A program made the translations under genes and the position numbers. This document shows, piece by piece, positions 1 through 10,029 of a stretch of DNA of 64,000 bases (the first letter of the stretch is position 1; each line of letters begins with the position of its first letter). Under the pieces are notes generated by a model. That model worked only from the letters and a program-made list of their open reading frames with translations. It was not told the origin of the DNA and ran no database searches. The DNA is from an uncultured bacterium (GTDB lineage: Bacteria > Patescibacteriota > Microgenomatia > Levybacterales > UBA12049), in contig CAWGXL010000011.1 in NCBI GenBank assembly GCA_963826535.1, forward strand, positions 642,080-706,079. Direction: 5' to 3'.

Positions 1-175
1 AGATCCCCGTGTTGGTGCAGTATGTGCAGTTATTTTTATTCAATAGGTAGACAATTTCTCTTCTTTATACTTTAACTTTTATACTTTATACCACTTCGCT
101 TGCCAATTAAGTAGGGGATACTTTAAGTATTATAAATTTGTATTTTTAAAGCAGTGGAGTATATACTTTAGAGGT

Positions 176-1090
176 ATGGCGGATTTTCGATTTTTGCAGA
201 ATCCTCGCACGAAGAAATGGGTTATTTTGGATCCGAGGCGTTCTAAGCGGCCAAATGTGGGGAATAAAACAGAGCGGGTTTGTCCTTTCTGTATTGGTAC
301 TGAACAGGAGGGGCAGGAATTATTTCGGGTGGGGGGATTGATGGGGGACAGGAATTGGCATGTGCGGGTTGTGGCAAATACATTTCCCTTCGCACCTATT
401 CATGAGATTGTTATACATTCACCGGATCACCACAAAAATTTTGAAGAGTTGCCAAAGTCGCAGGTAGAATTGATTTTGCAGACTTATAGAGCAAGGTATA
501 ACTTTCATATGAAAGGGGCTGGTCAGCAGGTATATATTTTTCATAATCGGGGAATTGGAGGAGGGGAAAGTCTTCCACATCCACATACACAAGTGACGGT
601 TATTTCCAGAGATATCATGCTTGATATGCCTCCATTGGACATGACTATTTATCCGTCAGGTTTGTTTTTCAGACGAAAAAAAAGAGAGGATTTAATTTCT
701 TCATCTCACTTTTATATTTATTGTCCTTTATTTTCCCAGTGGCCTGATGAGATATGGATTGTGCCTATAAGAAAAAATATATATTTTGGCGATATAAATG
801 AGGAAGAAATCCGGGATATGGCATTTTGTCTTCAGAGATTGATCAGTATTTTTGATCTAAGACATGGACATGAATTTCCTTTTAATTTTTATATTTATCC
901 GGGAAAAAATTGGTATTTGCGGATAATTCCCCGCCAAAAGATACTTGGAGGGTTTGAGTTGGGTACGGGAATTATTGTTAATACCCAGGATCCGGTTGAA
1001 ACTTTCGCATTCGTGAAAGAACATTTTTTTGAGCCTAATTTGGAGAAAATAAAGTTACAACAGCAAACGGATTATTGGCGGAGTGTGTAG
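176..1090 (+). CDS. Galactose-1-phosphate uridylyltransferase-like (HIT superfamily) protein
   Basis: Contains a CPFC zinc-knuckle and an HPHTQ (HxHxQ) histidine-triad motif in GalT-like spacing. A low-complexity internal insertion (FFRRKKRED...) is present. Confidence 0.65.
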   Translation: MADFRFLQNPRTKKWVILDPRRSKRPNVGNKTERVCPFCIGTEQEGQELFRVGGLMGDRNWHVRVVANTFPFAPIHEIVIHSPDHHKNFEELPKSQVELILQTYRARYNFHMKGAGQQVYIFHNRGIGGGESLPHPHTQVTVISRDIMLDMPPLDMTIYPSGLFFRRKKREDLISSSHFYIYCPLFSQWPDEIWIVPIRKNIYFGDINEEEIRDMAFCLQRLISIFDLRHGHEFPFNFYIYPGKNWYLRIIPRQKILGGFELGTGIIVNTQDPVETFAFVKEHFFEPNLEKIKLQQQTDYWRSV

Positions 1091-1136
1091 GCTGGTAGTA
1101 ATTTGAGTAATCGTGGATCAAATATAGATGGTGACT

Positions 1137-1517
1137 TCAATTTTCAAACGCTCCGAGGTCAGGGGCAGAGCCGGTAAAGGGCGTACCGATGTTTGTGCCT
1201 TTGTCAATGAGGTCGCTCCCCGGGGCGAGGTGGAGGAAAGGACAGTTCGGAAGAGAGCCATCAGCTTGTCTTGGACCGCGGGTACATGGGTCATCCAGAG
1301 GTGCGAAGTCAGCGTCCGAAACCGTGACGGGTAATGTCCAAGAGTTGAAGGCACCCGGAGGAGTGCCGCAACTTCCGAAATTAATATTATTTTGCAAGGT
1401 ACCGCTATTGTTCCATGCCATGTTGTTGATTAATAAAGGTATGGTGTGGGTGTCAAGGTAAAGTGGGGTGGTTAATGCCAAAATAGCAAATACATAGAGG
1501 GCTGCAAGTACGAGCAT
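1137..1517 (-). CDS. Small secreted protein with a beta-helix C-terminal cap-like motif (DxGAFE)
   Basis: N-terminal hydrophobic signal/TM segment. The C-terminal ...GSDLIDKGTNIG...SAPDLGAFE matches the ...SPAINRG...SAWDIGAFEF ends of the large beta-helix proteins at 33637..37337. The region is a GC-rich patch. Confidence 0.4.
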   Translation of the reverse strand: MLVLAALYVFAILALTTPLYLDTHTIPLLINNMAWNNSGTLQNNINFGSCGTPPGAFNSWTLPVTVSDADFAPLDDPCTRGPRQADGSLPNCPFLHLAPGSDLIDKGTNIGTPFTGSAPDLGAFEN

Positions 1518-1536
1518 GGTCTAAAATGCAAATTAA

Positions 1537-2622
1537 TTATTCGGGACGTATATAGATAATTATTGGTATTGGCTTTCCTTTTCTTGAATCTATTCTTTCA
1601 GCTTTAATTAAGCGGTGGGCTGAATGCCTAATGTCTTGATTGGCCCTGCCAATTAACTCTGCTATCTCAGAATTGCTAAACTCTAATTTCCTTAATTTTT
1701 CTACTAGTGCGTCTAGTTCAGTAACAGCTCTACTTACCGGGTTACCTTTTGGGGGAGGCCCTATTTTTTTGTCAGCACGTAAACGGTGAACTGAGCGATT
1801 AACTTTTTGAATTGACTCACCACGTCGTTTGGCTACCTCGGGATTGGTTAGTCCTTCTTTCTTTAATTTTTCTATTTCCTCATCGCGATTAGCTAAATCT
1901 TCGGGAGTGGTTACGGCTGGCTTTATTATTCCTGCACGAATTAAGCGGCGAATTGAATTTCTGATATGTAAAACATTTTTATCAAGAAGCTCTGCAATCT
2001 GATGTTTCTTATGTCCCTTTTCTATTAAATTTCTTACTTCATCGTCAAGCAGCCAATTATCAGACATTCTTTTTTTGATTTCTCTATTTTCAGATTCGAT
2101 ATGTAGTCTTTTATCAGAAGTATCAAATTTTTTTGCCAATATTCTCAATTCATTTATGATTTTTTGTTTACTTTGTGGTTCGGATGGGAGGTATGGAGCG
2201 ATGGCTTTGCCTACCTCAAGAAGAGTATAAATTGAACCTGTAAGCGGGGAGTTATTTTTGGTCTGAAGTTGGGCCGCTCTAATGTATTCATCATATACAA
2301 CAGTTTGGTTAGCCTTAATTAAATGTGTAATAGCTTTATTTAATCTAATATCTATGTCACTACCATTTGTTAATATTTCTTTTGCGGTATCGCGCTTATT
2401 CGTAATTTCAATTGGCCCCTCCATTGCAAGATTTCTAAATAGTGTTTTAAAAAAACTTGCTTGGGATTCGGAATGGTTACCCAACCTGGAAATTACAGCT
2501 TGCAATATTTGCGATTTAACTTTATCACCGGCAATTAGTCCATCTAATACCTTTTTATTGCTTAAAATATACTCTGCTAAACGAACACCATGATTTGCAT
2601 GAGGTAGTCTTTCTACAGTCAT
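1537..2622 (-). CDS. Multi-HTH protein with three tandem sigma-70 region-4-like helix-turn-helix repeats
   Basis: Three repeats of the form xSxxEIAELxGxxxxxIRxSxxRLIxA in the C-terminal half. Confidence 0.45.
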   Translation of the reverse strand: MTVERLPHANHGVRLAEYILSNKKVLDGLIAGDKVKSQILQAVISRLGNHSESQASFFKTLFRNLAMEGPIEITNKRDTAKEILTNGSDIDIRLNKAITHLIKANQTVVYDEYIRAAQLQTKNNSPLTGSIYTLLEVGKAIAPYLPSEPQSKQKIINELRILAKKFDTSDKRLHIESENREIKKRMSDNWLLDDEVRNLIEKGHKKHQIAELLDKNVLHIRNSIRRLIRAGIIKPAVTTPEDLANRDEEIEKLKKEGLTNPEVAKRRGESIQKVNRSVHRLRADKKIGPPPKGNPVSRAVTELDALVEKLRKLEFSNSEIAELIGRANQDIRHSAHRLIKAERIDSRKGKPIPIIIYIRPE

Positions 2623-2700
2623 AGATTGGGAAAGTTATTCTATCAAATTTCATGACCTATAGCAAGTAAATAGGTTTCTGGGTAGTGGTACAGTTTGAGA

Positions 2701-2964
2701 TTATTTACGCTTTTTACGTGAAGCTCCTATATTCTTGTTAGGGCGAGGAGTTGGTTTTTTTCTTGCTCGTCTTGATTTCACCACACGTTTATAAATAAAA
2801 ATACCTAATAAGATAATTGCGAATAAAATTAAAAGTGGCAGTGTCAAGATTACAATTTTTGTCCCAAGCTCAAAGGCTTGCCAGTAGCTTAAATTCAATA
2901 TGAAGTCGAGCTTGACAATAACAACTAACCCCAATACAATAGTTATAACATCACGAATTTTCAT
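2701..2964 (-). CDS. Small membrane protein with a Lys/Arg-rich tail
   Basis: Two hydrophobic helices followed by a KSRRARKKPTPRPNK tail. Confidence 0.3.
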   Translation of the reverse strand: MKIRDVITIVLGLVVIVKLDFILNLSYWQAFELGTKIVILTLPLLILFAIILLGIFIYKRVVKSRRARKKPTPRPNKNIGASRKKRK

Positions 2965-3400
2965 TTTGGGCAGTAAGACGTTTTTACAGAACGTCTTTTT
3001 GCGTTTTATGGTTTAAATTTATTTTTATTCTTTATCCCATATATTAATTATACCTCGATTCTATTGTTAAGTGGCTAGTCACGCCTAAAAACCAAAAAAG
3101 CACGAGACTGGTATATACATATTGAACACATTATACTTGACCGCTCAAGCATTGTCAATAGGGAATATATACTTTTATATATTTAGATATAGTTTACTAC
3201 TATCATGTCCGCTTTGTATATCTTTGTCTTGTTGACAAAACAGCTACTTGTTTTGTTTAATGTACATAGAGTTAATTTATTGACTTTTAGAGAGTTAACT
3301 TTAGAGCTTGATAAATCAACCTAAATCAGTTAAAATAAAGGTTACAGCCCTTTAATGGGCTCTTTTTTGCACTTTCGAACAATAAATCGTGAACTAGATG

Positions 3401-3493
3401 CGGAGGATGTCAGATTCGAACTGACGACAGTGGGATTAGCACTGTAATTGGTTCTTAAAACCAACGCCTTCTACCTATTCGAGCCAATCCTCC
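3401..3493 (-). tRNA. tRNA-Leu (anticodon UAA), class II with long variable arm
   Basis: The reverse complement gives a GGAGGAT acceptor stem, anticodon loop TT-TAA-GA, a long variable arm, and T-arm GTTCGAATC. The acceptor stem pairs over 7 bp. Confidence 0.8.
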
Positions 3494-3834
3494 ATATCTA
3501 ATTTACGATTTAAGCTCTTTGAAAAGAGAAGAAACAGACGATTGTAAACCTGAGATTTATTTAACAATTTTAGGGCTGTTAAAAACCTAGACAAACGGTG
3601 AGCTTACAACTCAACCTCAACCCACATCGGGAACGGGCGGTTTTTTGCTCTTATGATTTTTCCTGTTCTCGGATCTTTCCGAGTCCATCGAAAAATCAAA
3701 ACCCGTTTAGTTTTTTTAATATGAATCACTCCTTTCTCCCGTATTCCGGGAATATCGTATTTAGCGATACGATAACTCAGGGAGTTTTTCTACAATCGTC
3801 TGGCTCTTCTCTTTTCAATTATTTTCATTAAAAT

Positions 3835-3858
3835 AGCCCCTAATAGGGGCTTTTTTTA
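3835..3858. terminator. Palindromic hairpin AGCCCCTAATAGGGGCT followed by a T7 run (intrinsic terminator, possibly bidirectional)
   Basis: Perfect 7-bp GC-rich stem with a 3-nt loop and a TTTTTTT tail on the plus strand; an A-run precedes it on the minus strand. Confidence 0.5.
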
Positions 3859-4158
3859 CCTAGGCAGTATTGCATTACTGGTTTTCGGTTTACCCCAAAA
3901 TATGTATAAGTGAGGCTAAATTTCTAGTTTATTTAACCCCTTCTAACAGAAAAGTACTTTTACCACCCACCAGAAGAGTTATCTGGAAAAATTTTCACCT
4001 AATATGGAATGCAAAAATTTTCTCAGAAGGCTGAGCTCTTCTGGCGAACGATAAAAGTACTTTGTTATGTTAAAGTTCTTTAAGGATGGGATTTGATGTA
4101 ATCGCTTCATATATATTTTATTCAAACACATCAGGAAATTCAAGTGGATAAATCTATA

Positions 4159-4395
4159 TCATTTCTTTTTCCAGCGGGTTTTTGCGGCTTTTTTTGCAAT
4201 CTCAATTCTTTTTTTAGCTGTTAACTTTTTAGCACGTGCATGACCACCGACTAATCCACCTAGCCTACCTAGTGCCTGAGCGTGCGGATTTTTTTCATTA
4301 GTAGCTTCTCTTGTTATTTTAGTGGCTAATTTATTTATATCCATGAGGAGATGGTAACATAGCGAAAATAAGCGGTCAAGCAGGTGGAAAAGCAA
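4159..4395 (-). CDS. Small basic protein (KGG/ARAKKL-type), hypothetical. The start may be the internal Met at 4344.
   Basis: Contains ALGRLGGLVGGHARAKKLTAKKRIEIAKKAAKTRWKKK. No clear SD for either start. Confidence 0.35.
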   Translation of the reverse strand: MLFHLLDRLFSLCYHLLMDINKLATKITREATNEKNPHAQALGRLGGLVGGHARAKKLTAKKRIEIAKKAAKTRWKKK

Positions 4396-4421
4396 ACTGT
4401 ACCACTACCGGTTTCTGGGAA

Positions 4422-4643
4422 CTATTCTGTTTTTTGTTGGATGCCGAGGAGCCAGAGTACGGCTTCTTTTTTGTAGCGGCGGTCGCCGCGGGAATTGATC
4501 CGGATTGCAGGCAGTTTGCCTCTTTTGCCCCAGCGTTTAATTGTGAGAGGGGAGACTCTAAGAATTTCTGCTACTTCACGAACTGTTAATAAATCCGGGA
4601 GGTTGTCTATTGAAATTTTTGAAGATTTAGCAGTGGTGGTCAT
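4422..4643 (-). CDS. Excisionase/MerR-family helix-turn-helix DNA-binding protein
   Basis: LTVREVAEILRVSPLTIKRWGKRGKLPAIRI is a classic Xis-family HTH. Lies near tRNA-Leu. Confidence 0.6.
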   Translation of the reverse strand: MTTTAKSSKISIDNLPDLLTVREVAEILRVSPLTIKRWGKRGKLPAIRINSRGDRRYKKEAVLWLLGIQQKTE

Positions 4644-4971
4644 AAGATAACTATATTTTTATATCAATCCTAGTTTAATCAGGATCAATATAGCTAATAA
4701 GCATATATAAACTAACAAACTATAGCATGATTGTCAAGAGTTAAAAAAAATACCCCGGGTATATGGGGTATTTTATTATTTTTAGTTCTACAAGATTTTA
4801 TTATTTCAATTCAACCCCACAGGATCTTTCCATTCGGCTCGCTGAGCGGGGCTCATGTACCGATCTGGCGGGGCGAGCTGTCTTTATTTTAATTCAACAA
4901 TTGCTCCTGCGGTTGTGAGTTTAATTTTTGTCCCGCTGAGCGGGATTTCGCTTCGCTCAACTTCTTGTATC

Positions 4972-5358
4972 TTATTTAAGTTCTACGGTGGCACCAGCGC
5001 CAGTTAATTTTGCCTTTGCTTCCTCGGCTGTTTTTTTGTTGACTTGAGACATAATTTCCTGCGGTGCTGTATCTACTTTGTTTTTTGCTTCAACAAGTGT
5101 AAGGGTCGGAATTAATTCACGAAGCATTTTAATGACAGCAATTTTATTAGCTCCCGCACTTGCTAGGACGATATTGAAGACAGTTTGTTCTTCTTTTGGT
5201 GCTGCATCAGGCGCGGCTGCACTGGGGGCTGCTGCTGCAACCATTGATTGTGCAGATACACCGAATTTCTCTTCGAGTGTTTTCACTAGGTCAGAGAGTT
5301 CAAGAACAGACATTTCTTCAATAGCTTTCATTAGATCTTCTTTATTTAGTTTGGTCAT
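4972..5358 (-). CDS. rplL: 50S ribosomal protein L7/L12
   Basis: N-terminal dimerisation helix, Ala/Pro hinge, and C-terminal domain ...KIAVIKMLRELIPTLTLVEAKNKVD...GATVELK. AAGGAGG SD 8 nt upstream of ATG 5358. Confidence 0.9.
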   Translation of the reverse strand: MTKLNKEDLMKAIEEMSVLELSDLVKTLEEKFGVSAQSMVAAAAPSAAAPDAAPKEEQTVFNIVLASAGANKIAVIKMLRELIPTLTLVEAKNKVDTAPQEIMSQVNKKTAEEAKAKLTGAGATVELK

Positions 5359-5367
5359 GATATACAC

Positions 5368-5511
5368 CTCCTTTCAGTCGGTAAATCCGAAATTCGAATA
5401 TCGAAATTCGAAACAAATTCTAATTTTCAAAAACCAAATGTTCAAAACGATTTGTATTTTGAATTTTGGTCATTTGATATTGTTTCGGATTTCGAATTTC
5501 GTGCTTCGAAT
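5368..5511. repeat. Long AT-rich imperfect palindrome in the rplJ-rplL spacer (CGAAATTCGAA / TTCGAATTTCG words)
   Basis: Inverted arms tccgaaattcgaatatcgaaattcgaaac ... gtttcggatttcgaatttcgtgcttcgaattt. Confidence 0.6.
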
Positions 5512-6045
5512 TTAAGCTTTTTTATCCTTTATTGCATTAAGTGTCATTACTAATTTTTGTATATTCCAACTAAGCGCACGGTGCAGTCCAGAGATAGGTG
5601 CTATCATTTGGCCTAGTAATTGCGCGCGAAGTATAGGAAGAGGGGGAAGAGCGGCAATTTTAATAACTTGTTCTTCGGTTATAGTTTTTCCTTCGAAAAT
5701 TCCGAATTTAATTTTGGGAAGATTTAGTTCTTTGATAATTTTGGTTAATTCTTTTAGAGGCGCAGCGATGTCATTGTAGATAAATAGTGTAGCAGTTGGT
5801 TGATTAAATTTGTCTTTTTCAGTATCTATTTTGTCACCCAGAGCTCTTTTAAGAAGTGAGTTTTTGGTGGTTACATATTCGGCTTCAAGTTTTTTGGCGG
5901 TTTTCTTGATTCTTTCCAGTTGTAGATGGGTAAGTCCCTGATAGTTGGTGAAGATCAGGCTTTTGGACTTTGCTACTTTTTCAGAAAGTTCTGATACTAT
6001 TCCTTCTTTTTTCTTTCTGTTTTGACTAATTGTGGTGTCTGACAT
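5512..6045 (-). CDS. rplJ: 50S ribosomal protein L10
   Basis: Position upstream of rplL and an L10-like sequence (…LIFTNYQGLTHLQLERIKKTAKK…). Confidence 0.85.
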   Translation of the reverse strand: MSDTTISQNRKKKEGIVSELSEKVAKSKSLIFTNYQGLTHLQLERIKKTAKKLEAEYVTTKNSLLKRALGDKIDTEKDKFNQPTATLFIYNDIAAPLKELTKIIKELNLPKIKFGIFEGKTITEEQVIKIAALPPLPILRAQLLGQMIAPISGLHRALSWNIQKLVMTLNAIKDKKA

Positions 6046-6151
6046 AGGTTTCCTCGGCGGGACTTGTGAGAATTAGCTTAATCTCTGCCACGCTGTCTTT
6101 GGATTAAAGTATTATAGCAGTTGGTTTTTGGAATGTAAAGTTGGAGTAATT

Positions 6152-6547
6152 TTAATGGAGGCTATTCCTAGCCTGAGGGAGTTCATGTCCAAGCGAGTAG
6201 GTACCTTGTTCTTCATTATGGACAAGAAGCCCTCTTTTGCCTAGATTTGATATTGTTTTTCCGATATTCTCTTGTAAGCCTTCTTCATCGCTTCTATGTA
6301 TATTACCACGGCTTATCCTTCTTTGAATATTCTGTTGTGCTGTTGTATGTAATGCAGCAGAATCAATCTTTCCCTTAAGCAAAAAATGCCCTATTGCTTG
6401 TTCAATTACGCGTGTTTCAAAGGAAGATAATTCTTCAAGCTCCGGTTTTTGCATGAAACTTTTAACTATAGGTAGTCTTTCTACCAATTTTGTATCACCA
6501 ACTTCCCGTCGTTGTGGATAAGGATTAGTTTCTTGATGTGCTGGCAT
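6152..6547 (-). CDS. Hypothetical protein
   Basis: ORF only; no recognisable motif. Confidence 0.3.
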   Translation of the reverse strand: MPAHQETNPYPQRREVGDTKLVERLPIVKSFMQKPELEELSSFETRVIEQAIGHFLLKGKIDSAALHTTAQQNIQRRISRGNIHRSDEEGLQENIGKTISNLGKRGLLVHNEEQGTYSLGHELPQARNSLH

Positions 6548-6709
6548 TATCTGACTATTGTAGCAGAAATTTTTGGAAATTGCAACTTTACAGTGAGGAG
6601 TTAGACTGGCTTGACAGCTGAAATTTTTTCAATTGATGACCGCCAGAACTCATTATCCGAAGAATTTACGGCCGAAATTTGGTACTAATAGTTAAACACA
6701 TGGATATAA

Positions 6710-8095
6710 CTATTCCTCAACAGCGTTGTTTTGGATAATTCTTTGATAGAGGATGCCGCTGTCTTTGACCGTTCTTTTTTGCGTATCGTAATCTACATGA
6801 ACAAGACCAAACCGCTTGCTGAATCCCTCGCCCCATTCCCAATTGTCCAGAAATGACCAGGCGAGATAGCCGTTGACCGGCACGCCTTGATTTGCGGCAT
6901 ACGCGACTGCTTTGAGGTGTTCTTTAATATATTGTATTCTTTTTTTATCATGAATTTTGCCGTTTTTAACATCATCGGGAAACGCCGCGCCGTTTTCAGT
7001 CACATACAGTTCGGGGATATTATATTCTTTATGAAGACTAAGCAGAAGTTCATATAATCCCTCCGGATGGACGGGCCAACCCATATCTGTGAGTAATGTT
7101 TTATCTGTAGGGGAACTGGTAAGTATTTCAATATTAAGCGGGTCTTTTTTAGCTGATTTGATCAGCCATGTCATGTAATAATTTACTCCCAGATAATCAA
7201 TGGGCTTGCCAATAATATCAAAATCTCCGTCTTTTATATCGGGTTGATGATTTTGGTAGAGATCCAGTATATCTTCAGGGTAACTTCCTTTGAATAGAGG
7301 ATCGAGGAACCATCTGTTGGTCTGGCCATCGAAGCGAATGAGGGCATCTTTATCTCTCGGTGTGTCTGTTAGGGGATAGCCGGGTGTAAGATTGAGTACA
7401 ATGCCGACTTTGGAATCTGCGCTGTTCTCACGGATCACAGGGACTGACTTGCCATGAGCTAGAAGTAGATTGTGAGCAGCTGCGAGACCTTCGGACAAAC
7501 TTTTTCTGCCAGGCGCGTGAATACCCTCGACATATCCTTTTATTGCTGAAACCCAGGGTTCATTGAGTGTGGTCCAAAATTTCACCTGATCACCAAGTGC
7601 TCTTGTTACGACATCAGTATACTGCGCAAAATGATCGGTAGTGTCTCTATTGGTCCATCCGCCTTTTTCCTCTAATTTTTGTGGTAGATCCCAGTGATAC
7701 AGAGTTACAAGTGGTTTTATATCATTTATCAGCAGTGTATCGACCAGTTTTTTATAAAAATCCAAACCTTTCTTTTCGACTCTGCCTGATCCTTCGGGTA
7801 AAATGCGTGGCCAGGCGGTGGAGAAGCGGTAGGCTGGCAGACCCAGTTGTTTCATAAGTTTCACATCTTCTTCAAAGTGGTTATAGTGATCGCAGGCGAT
7901 AGTAGGCGTTGATCCGTCTGCTATTTTACCGGGAATTTTGGAAAACTTGTCCCAAATTGATTCACCTCTGCCATCTTGATTGGCAGCACCTTCAATTTGC
8001 GCCGCAGAAGTCCCGGCACCCCATAAAAATTTTTTGGGCAAAGACGCGTTTTTGTTCTCCAGAGGACGAAATATGGGAGAAAATTTTCCGCTCAT
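6710..8095 (-). CDS. Glycoside hydrolase family 1 beta-glucosidase
   Basis: LWGAGTSAAQIEGA N-terminal motif, TLNEP acid/base motif and YVTENG nucleophile motif. Confidence 0.85.
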   Translation of the reverse strand: MSGKFSPIFRPLENKNASLPKKFLWGAGTSAAQIEGAANQDGRGESIWDKFSKIPGKIADGSTPTIACDHYNHFEEDVKLMKQLGLPAYRFSTAWPRILPEGSGRVEKKGLDFYKKLVDTLLINDIKPLVTLYHWDLPQKLEEKGGWTNRDTTDHFAQYTDVVTRALGDQVKFWTTLNEPWVSAIKGYVEGIHAPGRKSLSEGLAAAHNLLLAHGKSVPVIRENSADSKVGIVLNLTPGYPLTDTPRDKDALIRFDGQTNRWFLDPLFKGSYPEDILDLYQNHQPDIKDGDFDIIGKPIDYLGVNYYMTWLIKSAKKDPLNIEILTSSPTDKTLLTDMGWPVHPEGLYELLLSLHKEYNIPELYVTENGAAFPDDVKNGKIHDKKRIQYIKEHLKAVAYAANQGVPVNGYLAWSFLDNWEWGEGFSKRFGLVHVDYDTQKRTVKDSGILYQRIIQNNAVEE

Positions 8096-8169
8096 ATTGT
8101 GGAATTATAGCATAGATTTCTCAGCTTGCATGCTTATTTTTTGGGTAACGAGAGGCATTAATTTTTATT

Positions 8170-9909
8170 TCATTTTTCTTTTTCTCTTTTCTCAAATTCT
8201 TCAGCTACAATTGTTTGAACTTGTCTTCTTAGCTTAACAGGCAAGTTTTTTCCGTGACTATATAAATATAATAGCGAAGCAGTTGCGATTACATCAAATC
8301 TAGCACGGTTATGCCTCTTTTCATATTCTACTATTATTACTTTATCTTTTAATGCTTTTTCAATTGTGAGCCATTTTATGCTTTTATAAACTCTTGTCAA
8401 GGCATCTGCACTTACAGGTGACTTGAATTCTTGTCTGCTAAGTATGTCATTTAAATATTGATTTATTTTAGCTCTTATCTCGGGATCCCGTTTTTCTACC
8501 GCATAAGTTTTAGGAATAGTTTCAGAAATCCGAGAATCGGGGATAGGTGCTATTGATTTATTATCAAAGAGAGTTACATCTGCACTAAGTGTCGGGGTTA
8601 TTGTTTCCGGTTGAGGTTTTATTACCGTGACTCCTAATCTAAAGTTACCAGGATTAGCAATTAATTCTTTAAGAAAGTTTAAACCTTGTTGTTGACCTGC
8701 GATACTTTTTAACTGCACTTTATTAATATCGGAAAGGTTTTCTAACAAACAGTAGACATCTATGTTTTGATCATTAATTTTAACTTTTATCTCATTGAAG
8801 TTTGAAGATTCAATAAGGTTTCGCGCACGTTCTAAGGCGTTACTTCCATATTCCTTTATAAACTGACTTTTTTTATCAAGAGTCATTTCTCCGAATTCAG
8901 TTACAATTTTGTCACCCGCAAGTGCTATTAAGTCATGGGTAATATCCGCTTCTATTAATTTCACGTCCGTTTGTCTAAGAAGCAATGTTAATTGCGGTCT
9001 ATGGTTATCGATAGCTGTCGCGATCATTGCTATATCAGCTCTGCTTAATGTACCAAATTCAGCAGCTTCAACTGATAGTTTTTGCTGATCCGGTTTTTTT
9101 AAATAATAAGATGCTATTTCTCCTTTGTGTCTAGCACTGTGTGGGGTAAGATTTATTATTTCAAGTCCTGATCCGCAAATTATTTTACGGGTGATAGTAA
9201 ATAAAGCATGTAGTCTACTTATGGCTTTAGTTTCATTTTTAATATCCGGCCAAATGTCTTTAATTAGTTGATCACGTGAATAGCCATTTTCTTGTGAACT
9301 GCCTTCTAATGCTCTCAATAATTCTGCTACTTTGCCGCCAACCACTTCACCGTTTGAGAGTTGATATATTTTTGATTTTTCTAATTCTGGCTCACGTTCT
9401 GGTCTTGCGGCTTTTACAGCAGGGGTTGGGGTAATTTCAACCGTTTGTACTTTTTTTCTTGCTTCTTCCTCTTGTCTTATTCGTTCTAAACCCGTTAGTA
9501 AAATAGGATCTCTTTCCGGTAGCGATTTAAATGCTTCAACTTGTCTCTGGAGGCTGCTTATAGCAGCTTTAGGTAAATTGCCTTCTGCTACCAATTTGCT
9601 AATATCAGTTAATGCAGTTTGCTTTTGGGCTACATCAACTAGAAATTTTTTTGCACGTCTATAAACTGCTATCTCTTGATCGAGACTGGTAAGCATAATC
9701 GTTAATCTTTTTTCAGAAACTCGATCTTTTTTAATTACCTTGCCAATTTCAAGAAGTTCGTTTTCCTGCAATTGTGTTTCATTAATATCTGCATTTTTTT
9801 CAACACGCTCCCAAAGAGTTTCTCTACGAGATTTTCTTAGACCTAAAATGCGATTTGCTTTTTCTCTTCTTGTTATTACTTGTTGAATTGGTTCAAATTC
9901 TTTCCCCAT
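8170..9909 (-). CDS. Hypothetical coiled-coil protein
   Basis: Long ORF with consistent codon usage and a Glu/Lys-rich coiled-coil N-terminus. Confidence 0.4.
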   Translation of the reverse strand: MGKEFEPIQQVITRREKANRILGLRKSRRETLWERVEKNADINETQLQENELLEIGKVIKKDRVSEKRLTIMLTSLDQEIAVYRRAKKFLVDVAQKQTALTDISKLVAEGNLPKAAISSLQRQVEAFKSLPERDPILLTGLERIRQEEEARKKVQTVEITPTPAVKAARPEREPELEKSKIYQLSNGEVVGGKVAELLRALEGSSQENGYSRDQLIKDIWPDIKNETKAISRLHALFTITRKIICGSGLEIINLTPHSARHKGEIASYYLKKPDQQKLSVEAAEFGTLSRADIAMIATAIDNHRPQLTLLLRQTDVKLIEADITHDLIALAGDKIVTEFGEMTLDKKSQFIKEYGSNALERARNLIESSNFNEIKVKINDQNIDVYCLLENLSDINKVQLKSIAGQQQGLNFLKELIANPGNFRLGVTVIKPQPETITPTLSADVTLFDNKSIAPIPDSRISETIPKTYAVEKRDPEIRAKINQYLNDILSRQEFKSPVSADALTRVYKSIKWLTIEKALKDKVIIVEYEKRHNRARFDVIATASLLYLYSHGKNLPVKLRRQVQTIVAEEFEKREKEK

Positions 9910-10029
9910 AACGGTCTAAATTGATTGTTGTAGCAGGGGGAGCATTGTAGCAAATAAGGCAATAGGTGTCAAAACTGTACAGAATTAATTAGGGCAATAA
10001 TTAACTAATTTAATTGCGGAGTAATCTGA

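Noticed and set aside
1118-1461. Three overlapping ORFs at 1118..1354, 1128..1334 and 1189..1461
   Set aside because: They overlap the better-supported 1137..1517 minus-strand gene and have no independent signals.
3598-3831. 77-aa plus-strand ORF ending at the terminator hairpin
   Set aside because: The sequence is low-complexity with no SD or start context. The region is more likely a tRNA upstream region or a non-coding RNA. No tmRNA, RNase P or SRP signatures were found by eye.
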